Positions 1 to 11,415 are shown, numbered from the whole stretch's first letter. The stretch is 62,936 nucleotides of DNA, filler included, from Octopus bimaculoides (GCF_001194135.2; 4 parts of 4 records of this genome joined end to end with filler, not necessarily neighbours in it), one strand, 5' to 3'. Numbers and translations are program-made. Notes: a model not told the origin generated them from the sequence alone.

Positions 1-289
1 TGTGTGTGTGTGTGTGTGTGTAATGATAGCACGTGTACGTGTGTGCGTGAGTGTGTGTGTGTGTGTGTCTGTGTGTGTCTGTGATTGTAGCTGTTTATGT
101 ATGTGTGTGGTTGGACATAGTATCGTTTAAGGTCATAGGAAGAATTTGTAGTTATCTTCGTGTTCTACGTAAATTATCAAGCCCGAAAGGCAGACAGGAA
201 GCGGTGCAGCTTCCTAGGTCTAACCAACAGTAGTATTATTCCCTTCGGGGGACTGTCACATTAAGTTGACAGCATACAACTACTCTAAA

Positions 290-692
290 CCTTAAATGTT
301 AGCCACATTTAGGTGGCAAGTGTACTTCACGATGTCGTGCAGCTACTGTTTATACCTCGCTCAGAGATTTATTATTGCTTGGTTCCACTTTTTCCAGATC
401 AGTGACTTTTCGTCACTGGAAAAAAGTTTTTATATATTTGCATTGAGAATCAATTCCCATCGCCAACCGGTGGTTGTAAAAAGCTGATGACGGGTCAGTA
501 CCCAGAAACTCGGCTCCATGTGTATCATGTCATCCTGGAGATGGGAAAGATAACTTCCCTTTGCAAATACTGATAGGGCACAGAAAGTGTGTCAATAGCC
601 ACCTGGAGGAGATATCTTACTGGGGCTACAAGCTACAGTAACATCTACCCTTAAGGATTAGCCACATTTAGATGGCAAATATACTTCACGAT
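290..692 (+). mobile_element. Direct-repeat-bounded relic with a hammerhead-like core (probable Penelope-like terminal repeat)
   Basis: Imperfect 44-bp direct repeats at 290-333 and 649-692 (ccttaaatgttagccacatttaggtggcaagtgtacttcacgat / ccttaaggattagccacatttagatggcaaatatacttcacgat). Internal CTGATGA-c-gggt-cagt-accc-a-GAAAC at 484-509. Confidence 0.45.
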
Positions 693-705
693 ATATAAAT
701 ATATA

Positions 706-942
706 TAGGGTTGGCCAAAAATCACCTGATAGTAAATCAAAATAGCTATTTCATTCCAAGATTAAAACAAAAAATTATTTTATATGAGACTTCGCTAATA
801 AACAGACAAAAAAACAAAAACGATGATTTTAACTCACCGCGTTTAATTATTAAACATTCATAATTGGAATGAATAAATAAAATTGAATATTAAGTATTTA
901 GGGAATTTTAATTTACTGTCGGGCGACTTTTCGCCAACACTA
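706..942. mobile_element. MITE (Tc1/mariner-like), copy 1
   Basis: Left end tagggttggccaaaaatcacctgatagtaaatcaaaa is the inverted repeat of right end ttttaatttactgtcgggcgacttttcgccaacacta. AT-rich non-coding interior. A second copy starts at 1986. Confidence 0.7.
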
Positions 943-1530
943 TGTGTGTGTGTGTGTGTGCTTGTGTGTGTGTTTGTGTGTTTGTGCGTGCATGCGTGAG
1001 TGTGCGTGTGTGTTTTTTTTATTTCTTTACTGCCCACAAAGGGCTACACACAGAGGGGACAAACAAGGACAGACAAATGGATTAAGTCGATTATATCGAC
1101 CCCAGTGCGTAACTGGTACTTATTTAATCGACCCCGAAAGGATGAAAGGCAAAGTCGACCTCGGCGGAATTTGAACTCAGAACCNNNNNNNNNNATTAAA
1201 CATTCATAATTGGAATGAATAAATAAAATTGAATATTAAGTATTTAGGGAATTTTAATTTACTGTCGGGCGACTTTTCGCCAACACTATGTGTGTGTGTG
1301 TGTGTGCTTGTGTGTGTGTTTGTGTGTTTGTGCGTGCATGCGTGAGTGTGCGTGTGTGTTTTTTTTATTTCTTTACTGCCCACAAAGGGCTACACACAGA
1401 GGGGACAAACAAGGACAGACAAATGGATTAAGTCGATTATATCGACCCCAGTGCGTAACTGGTACTTATTTAATCGACCCCGAAAGGATGAAAGGCAAAG
1501 TCGACCTCGGCGGAATTTGAACTCAGAACC
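849..1530. repeat. Identical duplication across a 10-N gap (849-1184 repeated at 1195-1530); probable assembly artefact
   Basis: The same text, including the microsatellite, occurs on both sides of the gap. The ORF track shows identical 76-aa ORFs at 944 and 1290. Confidence 0.85.
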
Positions 1531-1585
1531 TAGCGGTAGACGCAATACCGCTAAGCATTTCGCCCGGCATGCTAACGTTTCTGCG
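1371..1585 (-). mobile_element. SINE family A with alternative 3' tail (partial duplicate at 1025-1184)
   Basis: Reverse complement of the A consensus: tRNA-like head, B box gagttcaaattcc, core gaggtcgactttgcctttcatcctttcggggtcga, ending gtccttgtttgtcccctctgtgtgtagccc. Confidence 0.85.
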
Positions 1586-1587
1586 TG

Positions 1588-1634
<47 letters not shown>

Positions 1635-1942
1635 ATGTATGTATGTATATGCAATAGAAACAATTGTTGGCTTTATGAGGTGAGATTTATAATAAAGTTG
1701 CAATTTTCTCTCTACGTATTTTTTCTTGTCAAATGATCTGAATTTCTTGAAGTTATGCCAAAGGATATTTGGATTTACCTGTCATTCATTAGGATTTACC
1801 TGGAATCTGTATTCTAATTACATTTACTGGTATCTTACTGTTGAACATATGTAACCAAATTCTTTTAATACTGAGTGTTTTATTGACATCTGCCAGGATT
1901 TTTTAATCCTATTTTTTCTTGTGTATACGTGTGTGTGTGTAT

Positions 1943-1982
<40 letters not shown>

Positions 1983-1985
1983 AAA

Positions 1986-2208
1986 CAGGGTTGGTCAAAA
2001 GTCACCTGACAGTAAATCAAAACCCATTCAATTCCATGATTTATTTATGTTTTTATGTTTAACAACTGAATGAATTTAATAAAATCAATTAAATATGAAA
2101 CATCATGAAAATTGTTCGAACTGAAGTCCTTCTTGCGCGACACCATTTTTCCAAATGAATAAATAAAATTGAATATTAAGTATTTATGGAATTTTGATTT
2201 ACTGTCGG
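1986..2208. mobile_element. MITE, copy 2 (right end runs into gap)
   Basis: Starts cagggttggtcaaaagtcacctgacagtaaatcaaaa and ends ttttgatttactgtcgg. Interior aatgaataaataaaattgaatattaagtattta is shared with copy 1. Confidence 0.7.
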
Positions 2209-2505
2209 NNNNNNNNNNNNNNNNNNNNNNNNNNNNNNNNNNNNNNNNNNNNNNNNNNNNNNNNNNNNNNNNNNNNNNNNNNNNNNNNNNNNNNNNNNNN
2301 NNNNNNNNNNNNNNNNNNNNNNNNNNNNNNNNNNNNNNNNNNNNNNNNNNNNNNNNNNNNNNNNNNNNNNNNNNNNNNNNNNNNNNNNNNNNNNNNNNNN
2401 NNNNNNNNNNNNNNNNNNNNNNNNNNNNNNNNNNNNNNNNNNNNNNNNNNNNNNNNNNNNNNNNNNNNNNNNNNNNNNNNNNNNNNNNNNNNNNNNNNNN
2501 NNNNN

Positions 2506-2575
<70 letters not shown>

Positions 2576-2999
2576 TATTTATATTATTATTATATATATA
2601 TTATATAACGTTATAAAAGTATAATTGAAGATAGGACTTCCATGTACACAGTTGCAAATACCAGGAAAATCTACTTAACTGGAAAGTAAATCTGTAAACC
2701 ATAAAGTTCCGTCTTATTTTCCAGATATCATAGGAAAGTAATGAATGCCATCATAATAATTGTATTGTTGTTGTTGTTGTCGTCGTCGTCGTCGTCGTCG
2801 TAGCTGATGTTGATGTATTTTATTTGTGTGCTATTGTTGTTGTTGCTGCTTTTGTGCTATTGTTTCAAGTAATAATACATGAAACAAATTAGTCATCTGC
2901 ATGTTTATATTGTAGTTCGTAAGCTTCCGCTACTTGTACTCTGAAAGTAGAGGTACAATGGTCGTGGGGAGATGTTGATAACAATAATGATAGACTGTC

Positions 3000-3280
3000 C
3001 CGTCGAAGACGACGTATGAATGTTCAGCTTTTTGCTGAACAACTTGCACAAATGATTTGCTTATTGTGATCAAAGGTTCGTGCCACACGTTAGTTCACTC
3101 TCTCCATCAAATTGACGTTGTCTGAACACGTGCGCAGTGTGTCACTTGTCAAGTATCGAAGTGATCCCAGCGTGAGACGAAGTGTTTTTCTCAAGAACAC
3201 AGCGCACCACCCGGTATAGGAAGTGAAATCGTGATCTCGCGATCGTGACTACAACATCCAAGCCGCAAAGTCATGGGTCC
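3000..3280 (-). mobile_element. SINE family C (tRNA head, tgtgttcttgag..acactt domain)
   Basis: Reverse strand reads ...gtagtcacgatcgcgagatcacgatttcacttcctataccgggtggtgcgctgtgttcttgagaaaaacactt, matching the heads at 45170, 50350 and 58103. Confidence 0.6.
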
Positions 3281-3283
3281 TCA

Positions 3284-3927
3284 TAATAATCCTTTGTACT
3301 AAAGGCACAAGACCTGAAATTTTAGGGGAGATGACTAGTCGATTACATCGTCCCCAGCACTTGACTGGTACTTAATATACGACCCCGAAAGGATGAAAGG
3401 CAAAGTCGACCTCGGCGGAATTTGAACTCAGAACGTGAAGACAGACGAAATACCGCTAAGCATTTCGCCCGGCGTACAAAGGATTCTGCCAGCTCGCCGC
3501 CTTAATAATATTAATCCTATCTACCACAGGTACAAAGCCTGAAATTTGTGGAGGAGGGTACTAGTCGATTACATCGACCCCAGTGTTTCACTGGTGTTTA
3601 ATTTATCGATTCAGAAAGAATGAAAGGCAAAGTCGACCTCGGCGGAGTTTGAACTCAAAGCTCAGCGTGCTAAGGGTTCTGCCAGCTCGCCGCCTAGTAA
3701 TAATAGTAACAATCCTTTCTATTGAAAGCACAAGGCCTCAAATTTGGGAGAACGAATTAAGTCGATTATATTGACCCCCAGCACTTGACTGGTACTTAAT
3801 TTATCGACCCCAAAAGGATGATAGGCAAAGTCGACCTCGGCGGAATTTGAACTCAGAGCGTAGCAGCAGACGAAATACCGCTAAGCATTTTGCCCAGCGT
3901 GCTAATGATTCTGCCAGCACGCCGCCT
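3284..3927 (-). mobile_element. Head-to-tail array of three SINE A copies
   Basis: Three successive copies of gaccccgaaaggatgaaaggcaaagtcgacctcggcggaatttgaactcaga...ccagctcgccgcc, separated only by short taataat spacers. Confidence 0.9.
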
Positions 3928-3936
3928 TTCTATTTC

Positions 3937-4018
<82 letters not shown>

Positions 4019-4019
4019 C

Positions 4020-4355
4020 GTTGTTCTTGAAAACTGTAAAGGTTGAGCCATTCATAACTGGTGCATTGTGAACTGTAATCAAAGATATACATATAGACAA
4101 ATTATTGAAGGGGGTATGAATAGAATGTCCTGAAGAGCTTCTACAGAAAGTTTGCCTTTTAGGGACAGGAAAGATTATCAAGAAGGTTTTGAGCACTTGA
4201 AAGACTATTGAAAGCTAGTGGATACCTAAGGTTACAGCTAGTAACCCGGTACCCAAATTAATTCCTGCCAGGAATAAGACCGAACCTGAGCCAAATCATC
4301 ATCAACAACAACAACAACAACAACAACAACAGCAATAATAATAATAATAATAATA
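4020..4355 (+). mobile_element. R4/Dong-like LINE 3' end (fragment 1)
   Basis: Translates ...IECPEELLQKVCLLGTGKIIKKVLST*, the typical C-terminus after an RLE domain. Followed by a short 3' UTR and a (CAA)n(TAA)n tail; the 5' junction lies in (TAA)n. Confidence 0.65.
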
Positions 4356-4384
4356 ATATCAAAATTAAAAGAAGAGTCCCATTT

Positions 4385-4800
4385 GCTATTTAATTATCCA
4401 GTGCGGCCACCTGACCAGACATAAGAAACCGGACATTGTTGTGGTGAATAAAAAAGAAAGAACAAGTATGATAATCGACATAGCATGACCCGATAACAAC
4501 AGAATCAATGTGAAAGAAAAAGATAAAATAAACAACTCTGACGATTTGAAGTAGGAAATACGAAAGATGTGGTCAATGAAGAGAGTAGACGTAATATCAA
4601 TAGTAATTGGTGCAGTTGGAAGTATCAGCACTCAACTACCAACATGGCTGAAAAAGATTGGTGCAAGTGTGAAGGTAGAACACCTACAAAAATCAACATT
4701 GCTTGGAACTGCAACAATTCTTCGCGGAGTTTGGCTCAGCCAGGGAAGCTTTATGATCGCATAGCGAAAGCGGAGGTATTGTTATCATTAAAATGCAGCT
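4385..4800 (+). mobile_element. R4/Dong-like LINE, restriction-like endonuclease domain and 3' end (fragment 2)
   Basis: IQCGHLTRHKKPDIVVVNKKERTSMIIDIA*PDNNRINVKEK...EIRKMWSMKRVDVISIVIGAVG...LQKSTLLGTATILRGV: PD-x-D RLE motif with internal stops. Confidence 0.85.
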
Positions 4801-4834
4801 CGATTCAAATGATTCCTAGAAATAATTGTATATA

Positions 4835-5207
4835 TAGGCGCAGGAGTGGCTGTGTGGTAAGTGGCTTGTTTACCAACCACATGGTTCCCGGAATCAGACC
4901 CACTGCGTGGGACCTTGGGCAAGTGTCTTCTACTATAGCCTCGGACCGACCAAATCCTTGTGAATCGATTTGGTAAGCGGAAACTAAAACAAGCCCGTCG
5001 TATGTGTGTGTGTGTGCGCGCGCGCGTTTGTGTGCCTGTGTTTGTCCCCACCATTGCTTGACAACCGATGTTGGTGTGCTTACGTCCCGTAATATAGCAA
5101 AAGACACCGATAAAATAAGTATTAGGCTTACAAAGAATAAGTCCTAGGATCGATTTGTTTGACTAAAGGCGGTGCGTCAGCATGGCCGCAGTCAATTGAC
5201 TGAAACA
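4835..5207 (+). mobile_element. SINE family B, near full length
   Basis: Head ggcgcaggagtggctgtgtggtaag, core ccttgggcaagtgtcttctactatagcctcgg, central (TG)n, tail ggcggtgcgtcagcatggccgcagtcaattgactgaaaca. Confidence 0.9.
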
Positions 5208-5956
5208 NNNNNNNNNNNNNNNNNNNNNNNNNNNNNNNNNNNNNNNNNNNNNNNNNNNNNNNNNNNNNNNNNNNNNNNNNNNNNNNNNNNNNNNNNNNNN
5301 NNNNNNNNNNNNNNNNNNNNNNNNNNNNNNNNNNNNNNNNNNNNNNNNNNNNNNNNNNNNNNNNNNNNNNNNNNNNNNNNNNNNNNNNNNNNNNNNNNNN
5401 NNNNNNNNNNNNNNNNNNNNNNNNNNNNNNNNNNNNNNNNNNNNNNNNNNNNNNNNNNNNNNNNNNNNNNNNNNNNNNNNNNNNNNNNNNNNNNNNNNNN
5501 NNNNNNNNNNNNNNNNNNNNNNNNNNNNNNNNNNNNNNNNNNNNNNNNNNNNNNNNNNNNNNNNNNNNNNNNNNNNNNNNNNNNNNNNNNNNNNNNNNNN
5601 NNNNNNNNNNNNNNNNNNNNNNNNNNNNNNNNNNNNTATATATATATATGTTATTTTATTTTATTTAAAAGAGTTCCAACTCTGTCTGTTTTTTATGTCT
5701 TTTTCTTTATATTCTTGTAAAATTAATGTGGGATATAGAATATGGAATATATAATATATAATATAAAAAAAGATGGATGGTACAATGAAATGAAGTATTG
5801 AATGTCTTATTGAATATATGGAATATGTCTTATTGAATATATGAAATATTAAGTGTTCAATATAAAGGATTAAATATATAAATATATAAAGGCGAATACG
5901 TATTTTCTATACCTTGTGGTATTTCATCATGGCCGGTATGACAGACTATATATATA

Positions 5957-7440
5957 CAGGGTGTCCCAAAAAATGTATACACACATTAGATAATTGTAAA
6001 GTAGGTGTTTATTAAAATACATTTCATTTTACTCTTTTATTTGTTTCAGTCATTTGACTGTGGCCATGCTGGAGCACAGCCTTTAGTCGAGTAAATCGAC
6101 CCCAGGACTTTTTGTTTGTAAGCCTAGTACTTATTCTATCGGTCTCTTTGCCGAACCGCTAAGTTACGGGGACTTAAACACACCAGCATCGGTTGTCAAG
6201 CGATGTTGCGGGGGGGGGGACAAACACAGACATACAAACATATACACACATATACATATATATAAAAATTTACATATAAAAGACGGGCTTATTTCAGTTT
6301 CCGTCTACCAAATCCACTCTCAAGGCTTTGGTCGGCCCGAGGCTATAGTAGAAGACACTTGCCCAAGGTGCCACGCAGTGGGACTGATCCCGGAACCATG
6401 TGGTTGGTAACCAAGCTACTTACCACACAGCCACTCAGACATTTTATTGCTTTGTCAACAACAGTTTTCAAACTGACGTCCGTTTCGGTCCAGGCACTGC
6501 TGACAACGCGAAGCAATGATATCGCAAACATCACGAAACAATTCGTTTAGTATTTGTGTTCAATGGCTGGTCTCAAATCAGCGACTATTGCAGGTTTCAT
6601 AAAGCGTAGACTTTGTCTTTTAGGTATCCCCATAAAAAAGTCTAGTGGTGTGAGCTCTGGTGAACGTGGAGGGTATTCAACGAAACCCCTTCATCCAATC
6701 CACCTGTTTAGCAAGATCTCATCAAGGAAGGATCTAACACCGCGATGGTAGTGTGGAAGTGCCCCATCTTGCTGAAAACAAAACTCCTCATCTTCAAAGT
6801 CTTCTCTAATGTTTGGCATGGACAGACTGTTGAAGCAAGTTCATCTAGCGTCAAAAAAGAAAAGTTCAATTAATCCTCTTAATGATAAACCACACCACAC
6901 TGTAACTCCTGGTAAATTAACATGGTGTTCCACCATAACATGCGGATTCTCAGGTCCCCAGTAGGTGCAATTTTGGCGATTAATTGAACCATTTAATTTG
7001 AATGTGGCCTCATCACTCCATACAATCTTTGTTGGAAAGTGTGTATCTTTTTCACATCGTGCCAAGTACCACTCGCAATACTCCACTCTTCGGTCTGGAT
7101 CATCATCATTAGAACGTAACGTTTCCATTGACAACGCTTCAAAATGCGTTGGACAGCCGGTTTAGACATACCTACCTCACGATACGCTAGCCGCATAGAT
7201 TTTCCTGGACATTGGTAATACGTTTCCAGCACTCCTTCTTGGGTTGTGGGGGTTGTTGATGATCGTGGTCTTCTGGAACCCTTCTCGTAAACATTTTGAA
7301 CACTTCCATCAGCTTCAAACTTATCTTTAATTTGGGTGGTGGTAAGTGGATCTGTTTGAAGCTCCCTCCTAAACTGTCTTTCTACTTCAACTGCGTTTTC
7401 ACACATTCAGTAGCAATTGAGTTATCAGCTGCTAAATTGT
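5957..7440 (-). mobile_element. Decayed Tc1/mariner-superfamily transposon, DD41D (rosa-type) transposase pseudogene
   Basis: TA followed by TIR cagggtgtcccaaaaaatgt at 5957. Minus-strand HTH region (EVERQFRRE...[22 protein letters not shown]), [18 protein letters not shown] and YPPRSPELTPLDFF. I count 41 residues between the 2nd and 3rd Asp. Contains stops, frameshifts and a SINE B insertion. Confidence 0.85.
6030..6438 (-). mobile_element. SINE family B nested in the DD41D element
   Basis: Full reverse-oriented B sequence from ttgtttcagtcatttgactgtggccatgctggagc to cttaccacacagccactc. Confidence 0.9.
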
Positions 7441-7451
7441 GTATACTCCCT

Positions 7452-7678
7452 TTACTCTTTTACACTTTTACTTGTTTCAGTCATTTGACTGTGGCCATGC
7501 TGGAGCACCGCCTTTAGTCGAGCAAATCAACCCCAGGACTTATTCTTTGGATGCCTAGTACTTATTCTATCGGTCTTTTGCCGAACCGCCAAGTTACGGG
7601 GACGTAAACGCACCAGCATCGGTTGTCAAGCGACGTTGGGGGACAAACACAGACACACACACACACACACACACATAT
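7452..7678 (-). mobile_element. SINE family B, 3' half (head lost in gap)
   Basis: Starts tactcttttacacttttacttgtttcagtcatttgactgtggcc and runs into (CA)n and an N gap. Confidence 0.85.
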
Positions 7679-8453
7679 NNNNNNNNNNNNNNNNNNNNNN
7701 NNNNNNNNNNNNNNNNNNNNNNNNNNNNNNNNNNNNNNNNNNNNNNNNNNNNNNNNNNNNNNNNNNNNNNNNNNNNNNNNNNNNNNNNNNNNNNNNNNNN
7801 NNNNNNNNNNNNNNNNNNNNNNNNNNNNNNNNNNNNNNNNNNNNNNNNNNNNNNNNNNNNNNNNNNNNNNNNNNNNNNNNNNNNNNNNNNNNNNNNNNNN
7901 NNNNNNNNNNNNNNNNNNNNNNNNNNNNNNNNNNNNNNNNNNNNNNNNNNNNNNNNNNNNNNNNNNNNNNNNNNNNNNNNNNNNNNNNNNNNNNNNNNNN
8001 NNNNNNNNNNNNNNNNNNNNNNNNNNNNNNNNNNNNNNNNNNNNNNNNNNNNNNNNNNNNNNNNNNNNNNNNNNNNNNNNNNNNNNNNNNNNNNNNNNNN
8101 NNNNNNNNNNNNNNNNNNNNNNNNNNNNNNNNNNNNNNNNNNNNNNNNNNNNNNNNNNNNNNNNNNNNNNNNNNNNNNNNNNNNNNNCCGGATGAATAAA
8201 AAATTTAAGTCGTCCTTCTTTCCTATCCTTTTTACAGATTAATTATATCATTACGAAGATACAAGTACTTTAAATTGCACCATGACTTTATAGACATCCT
8301 GTGTGTATATATGAGTGTGTATGTGTCTGTAAATGTGTGTGTGGTTGCGCGTTCGTTACGTACTTAAGGCCGACGACTGAGAAGTATATGTGTGCGAGTG
8401 TATGTGACGGTGTATGTGTATGTGAATATACACACACTTTTGTGACGACTGAT

Positions 8454-8491
<38 letters not shown>

Positions 8492-8749
8492 CTAAAGAGA
8501 GCGACACATACACAGAGAGACAACGATACGTCTGAGGTGTGCGTGAATGTATGTCTCTATGTGTCTATCGTAGTATATGTGAGTGTATTTCAGACTGTAA
8601 ATGTATGCGACTGTATGTGTGATAATTTTTATACGTTAGGCCTCAGACAATGAAACACACACAGACATCTACACATACATATTCATGTGTGTGTGTGTGT
8701 GTGTGTGTGTTTCCGCGTTGGTTACGTTTATAGTGAATTATAGTAAAGG

Positions 8750-9640
8750 ACATTTTACGCCGTTTTCATGAGCCCACATCTAATGAAGCAGCCATCTTTA
8801 TGGTAGGTGATCCCCATGAAAATCGTGATATTTTCATTCGTGCTCGAGATAACAACCCCAAACGTGTTTCAGAGACTCATCCCTCTTATGATGCCCTCCA
8901 GTATCCCCTAATTTTGTGGAATGGGTATCATTTCAATATTCCACAGATTGAACCTGCAACACGAGAGCCAATTACAAACAAAAAGGTGTTGTCAATGACT
9001 TCTATTCTTATCAACTGATGTTAAAACCAGAACAATCAAATCAATTATACATGTATCGTGATCTATTTCACTAATACCTGGTTGATATGTATGCTAAAGT
9101 TGAGAGTGAGCGGCTCCCCTACATTTGTAGCAATCTAAATAAAGTTAAGGGTTAAAAATTATGTTCATCTCTAAGATGCTCCGAGGACAGATGGTGATAT
9201 TCAAAACATGGGGCAACTTATAATCATTCACAGGTGGTCCTCGATGTATGCACAAACGAACACAAGATGCTATGACGTATTTCAGGACGTATGGAAAACC
9301 AGATCTTTTTGTCACTTTCACCTGCAGCCCTAAATGGGAGGAAATAAAACCTAACCTTCTTCAAGTGTTGCATCTTCTGGTATTGCAGCTACCCTCCTCA
9401 ATGGGGGAAGAACTGCTCCTTCCGTGTTCAAGCTCCCTCTAAACCTTGCAATGAAAGAATCTCAAATGTGCAACATTTCCCAAAACTCTGCAATGGCAAC
9501 AATTCTCCAACAAACCTGCTTCATTGTTTCGGATAAGTGCAATATGTTACATCGTAGAGTTCTATACAGACTTGACCGTACCCTCCAAGACATAAAAAAA
9601 ACAATAACACGATCATAGGAGGAGTAACAGTTCTTCTTGC
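8750..9640 (+). mobile_element. Helitron RepHel pseudogene fragment, internally deleted
   Basis: RRFHEPTSNEAAIFMVGD...HPSYDALQYPL, YLVDMYAKVESERL, FTGGPRCMHKRTQDAMTYFRTYGKPDLFVTFTCSPKW (Rep motif 1). Joined at about 9363 to the Pif1 helicase part SSGIAATLLNGGRTAPSVFKLPLN...SDKCNM...LDRTLQDI...GGVTVLLA. Confidence 0.9.
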
Positions 9641-10274
9641 ATATATATATATATATATATATATATANNNNNNNNNNNNNNNNNNNNNNNNNNNNNNNNN
9701 NNNNNNNNNNNNNNNNNNNNNNNNNNNNNNNNNNNNNNNNNNNNNNNNNNNNNNNNNNNNNNNNNNNNNNNNNNNNNNNNNNNNNNNNNNNNNNNNNNNN
9801 NNNNNNNNNNNNNNNNNNNNNNNNNNNNNNNNNNNNNNNNNNNNNNNNNNNNNNNNNNNNNNNNNNNNNNNNNNNNNNNNNNNNNNNNNNNNNNNNNNNN
9901 NNNNNNNNNNNNNNNNNNNNNNNNNNNNNNNNNNNNNNNNNNNNNNNNNNNNNNNNNNNNNNNNNNNNNNNNNNNNNNNNNNNNNNNNNNNNNNNNNNNN
10001 NNNNNNNNNNNNNNNNNNNNNNNNNNNNNNNNNNNNNNNNNNNNNNNNNNNNNNNNNNNNNNNNNNNNNNNNNNNNNNNNNNNNNNNNNNNNNNNNNNNN
10101 NNNNNNNNNNNNNNNNNNNNNNNNNNNNNNNNNNNNNNNNNNNNNNNNNNNNNNNNNNNNNNNNNNNNNNNNNNNNNNNNNNNNNNNNNNNNNNNNNNNN
10201 NNNNNNNNNNNNNNNNNNNNNNNNNNNNNNNNNNNNNNNNNNNNNNNNNNNNNNNNNNNNNNNNNNNNNNGAAA

Positions 10275-10470
10275 TAAGAAACGTTAGCACGCCGGGCGAA
10301 GTGCTTAGCGGTATTTCGTCTGTCTTTACGTTCTGAGTTCAAATTCCGCCGAGGTTGACTTTGCCTTTCATCCTTTCGGGGTCGATAAATTAAATACAAG
10401 TTGCGTACTGGGGTCGATCTAATCGACTGGCCCCCTATCACCAAAATTTCGGGCCTAGAGTAGAAAAGAA
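10275..10470 (+). mobile_element. SINE family A
   Basis: cgttagcacgccgggcgaagtgcttagcgg...gagttcaaattccgccgaggttgactttgcc...gggcctagagtagaaaagaat. Confidence 0.9.
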
Positions 10471-10739
10471 TATCTTCCTCCCCATAAACAGATTTAAAGA
10501 TCTGTTGCTGGGAATTACGCCAAAGCTTCGGATTGTCCACACTTAAAACTGTGATTTTAAACAAATTTCTAAAAATTAACCAAGAAATTCTGTTTTTAAA
10601 TTTCCAAAAATTTTTATAAGAAATTTTTTGTCTTAATCATGTGAATTCCCGTGTATAGAATACAAATTCACAAAAATTTTCTGAAAATTACCAAAAATAT
10701 AAAAGGTTATTGTGGGTTATATGCGCTTAAAGCAGAATT

Positions 10740-11000
10740 CTGAGATTCACTGGTCGACCTACACAAGGTGCACAAGAGAAAATGCTGGATATCATGGGAG
10801 ACAAGCGCCTCTGTCATTACGCTTGTGTTTGGTTAGGACTTTCTTTGAGAAGCAAACTCAACTGCACTGGTCACACGAAAGAGACTTCTTTCGTGCCCTT
10901 CACAGGAAGGAGCACTCACATTCCTCGTATATTTACCAACATGTTTCAATTTGGTGTGTGTAACACAGTTGTTCTTGAATTCTTTAAATGCCAGTAGCAA
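10740..11000 (-). mobile_element. Probable RTE-type LINE C-terminus with a degenerate C2H2 finger
   Basis: Minus strand ...CECSFL*RARKKSLSCDQCS*VCFSKKVLTKHKRND, resembling the terminal zinc finger of BovB/RTE ORF2. Confidence 0.45.
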
Positions 11001-11204
11001 TCAGATTCTTCCACGGGAATAGAGAGAGGGGGGAGGGAGGGAGAGAGAGAGACGTAGAGAGAGAAGTAGAGAGAGACAGACAGACATAAATGAATTGAGA
11101 GACCGACAAAGATAAACAGATAGGCATACAGACAGAAGGCATACAGACAGACAGACAGACAGACAGACAGATAGATAGATAGATAGATAGATAGATATCT
11201 TTCT

Positions 11205-11415
11205 TTTATTAGCCACACAGGGCTGCACACAGAGGGGACAAATACAACTGTAGAGCTTTTCTTTAAAAATAAAAATTAAAAAAGGGTAAAATAAAAATTT
11301 TAAAATCCGATCAAAAGGGATCGGTAGGAGCAAAAAAAAAAGGGTCTCGTATATCACAGAAAATGTCAATAGTGTAAAATGGGGTAACATTAGGTTTATC
11401 CATGGAGAGAAAAGC
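11205..11415 (-). mobile_element. 3' end of an unclassified retroelement sharing its terminus with the alternative SINE A tail
   Basis: Minus strand ends tttgtcccctctgtgtgcagccctgtgtggctaataaaagaaa, then enters (ATCT)n. The same terminus is seen on SINE A at 11698 and 1371. Confidence 0.55.

Noticed and set aside
849-1530. Apparent tandem duplication of MITE end plus SINE
   Set aside because: Perfect identity across a 10-N gap points to unmerged overlapping contigs.
944-1657. Recurring peptides RPRKDERQSRPRRNLNSE and YSRRHLPKVPRSGTEPG found in many ORFs
   Set aside because: Conceptual translations of SINE A and SINE B cores, not a protein family.
1690-1920. Possible Penelope GIY-YIG remnant on the minus strand (GRCQ...KSKYPFGITSR)
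   Set aside because: Too degraded to support by eye.
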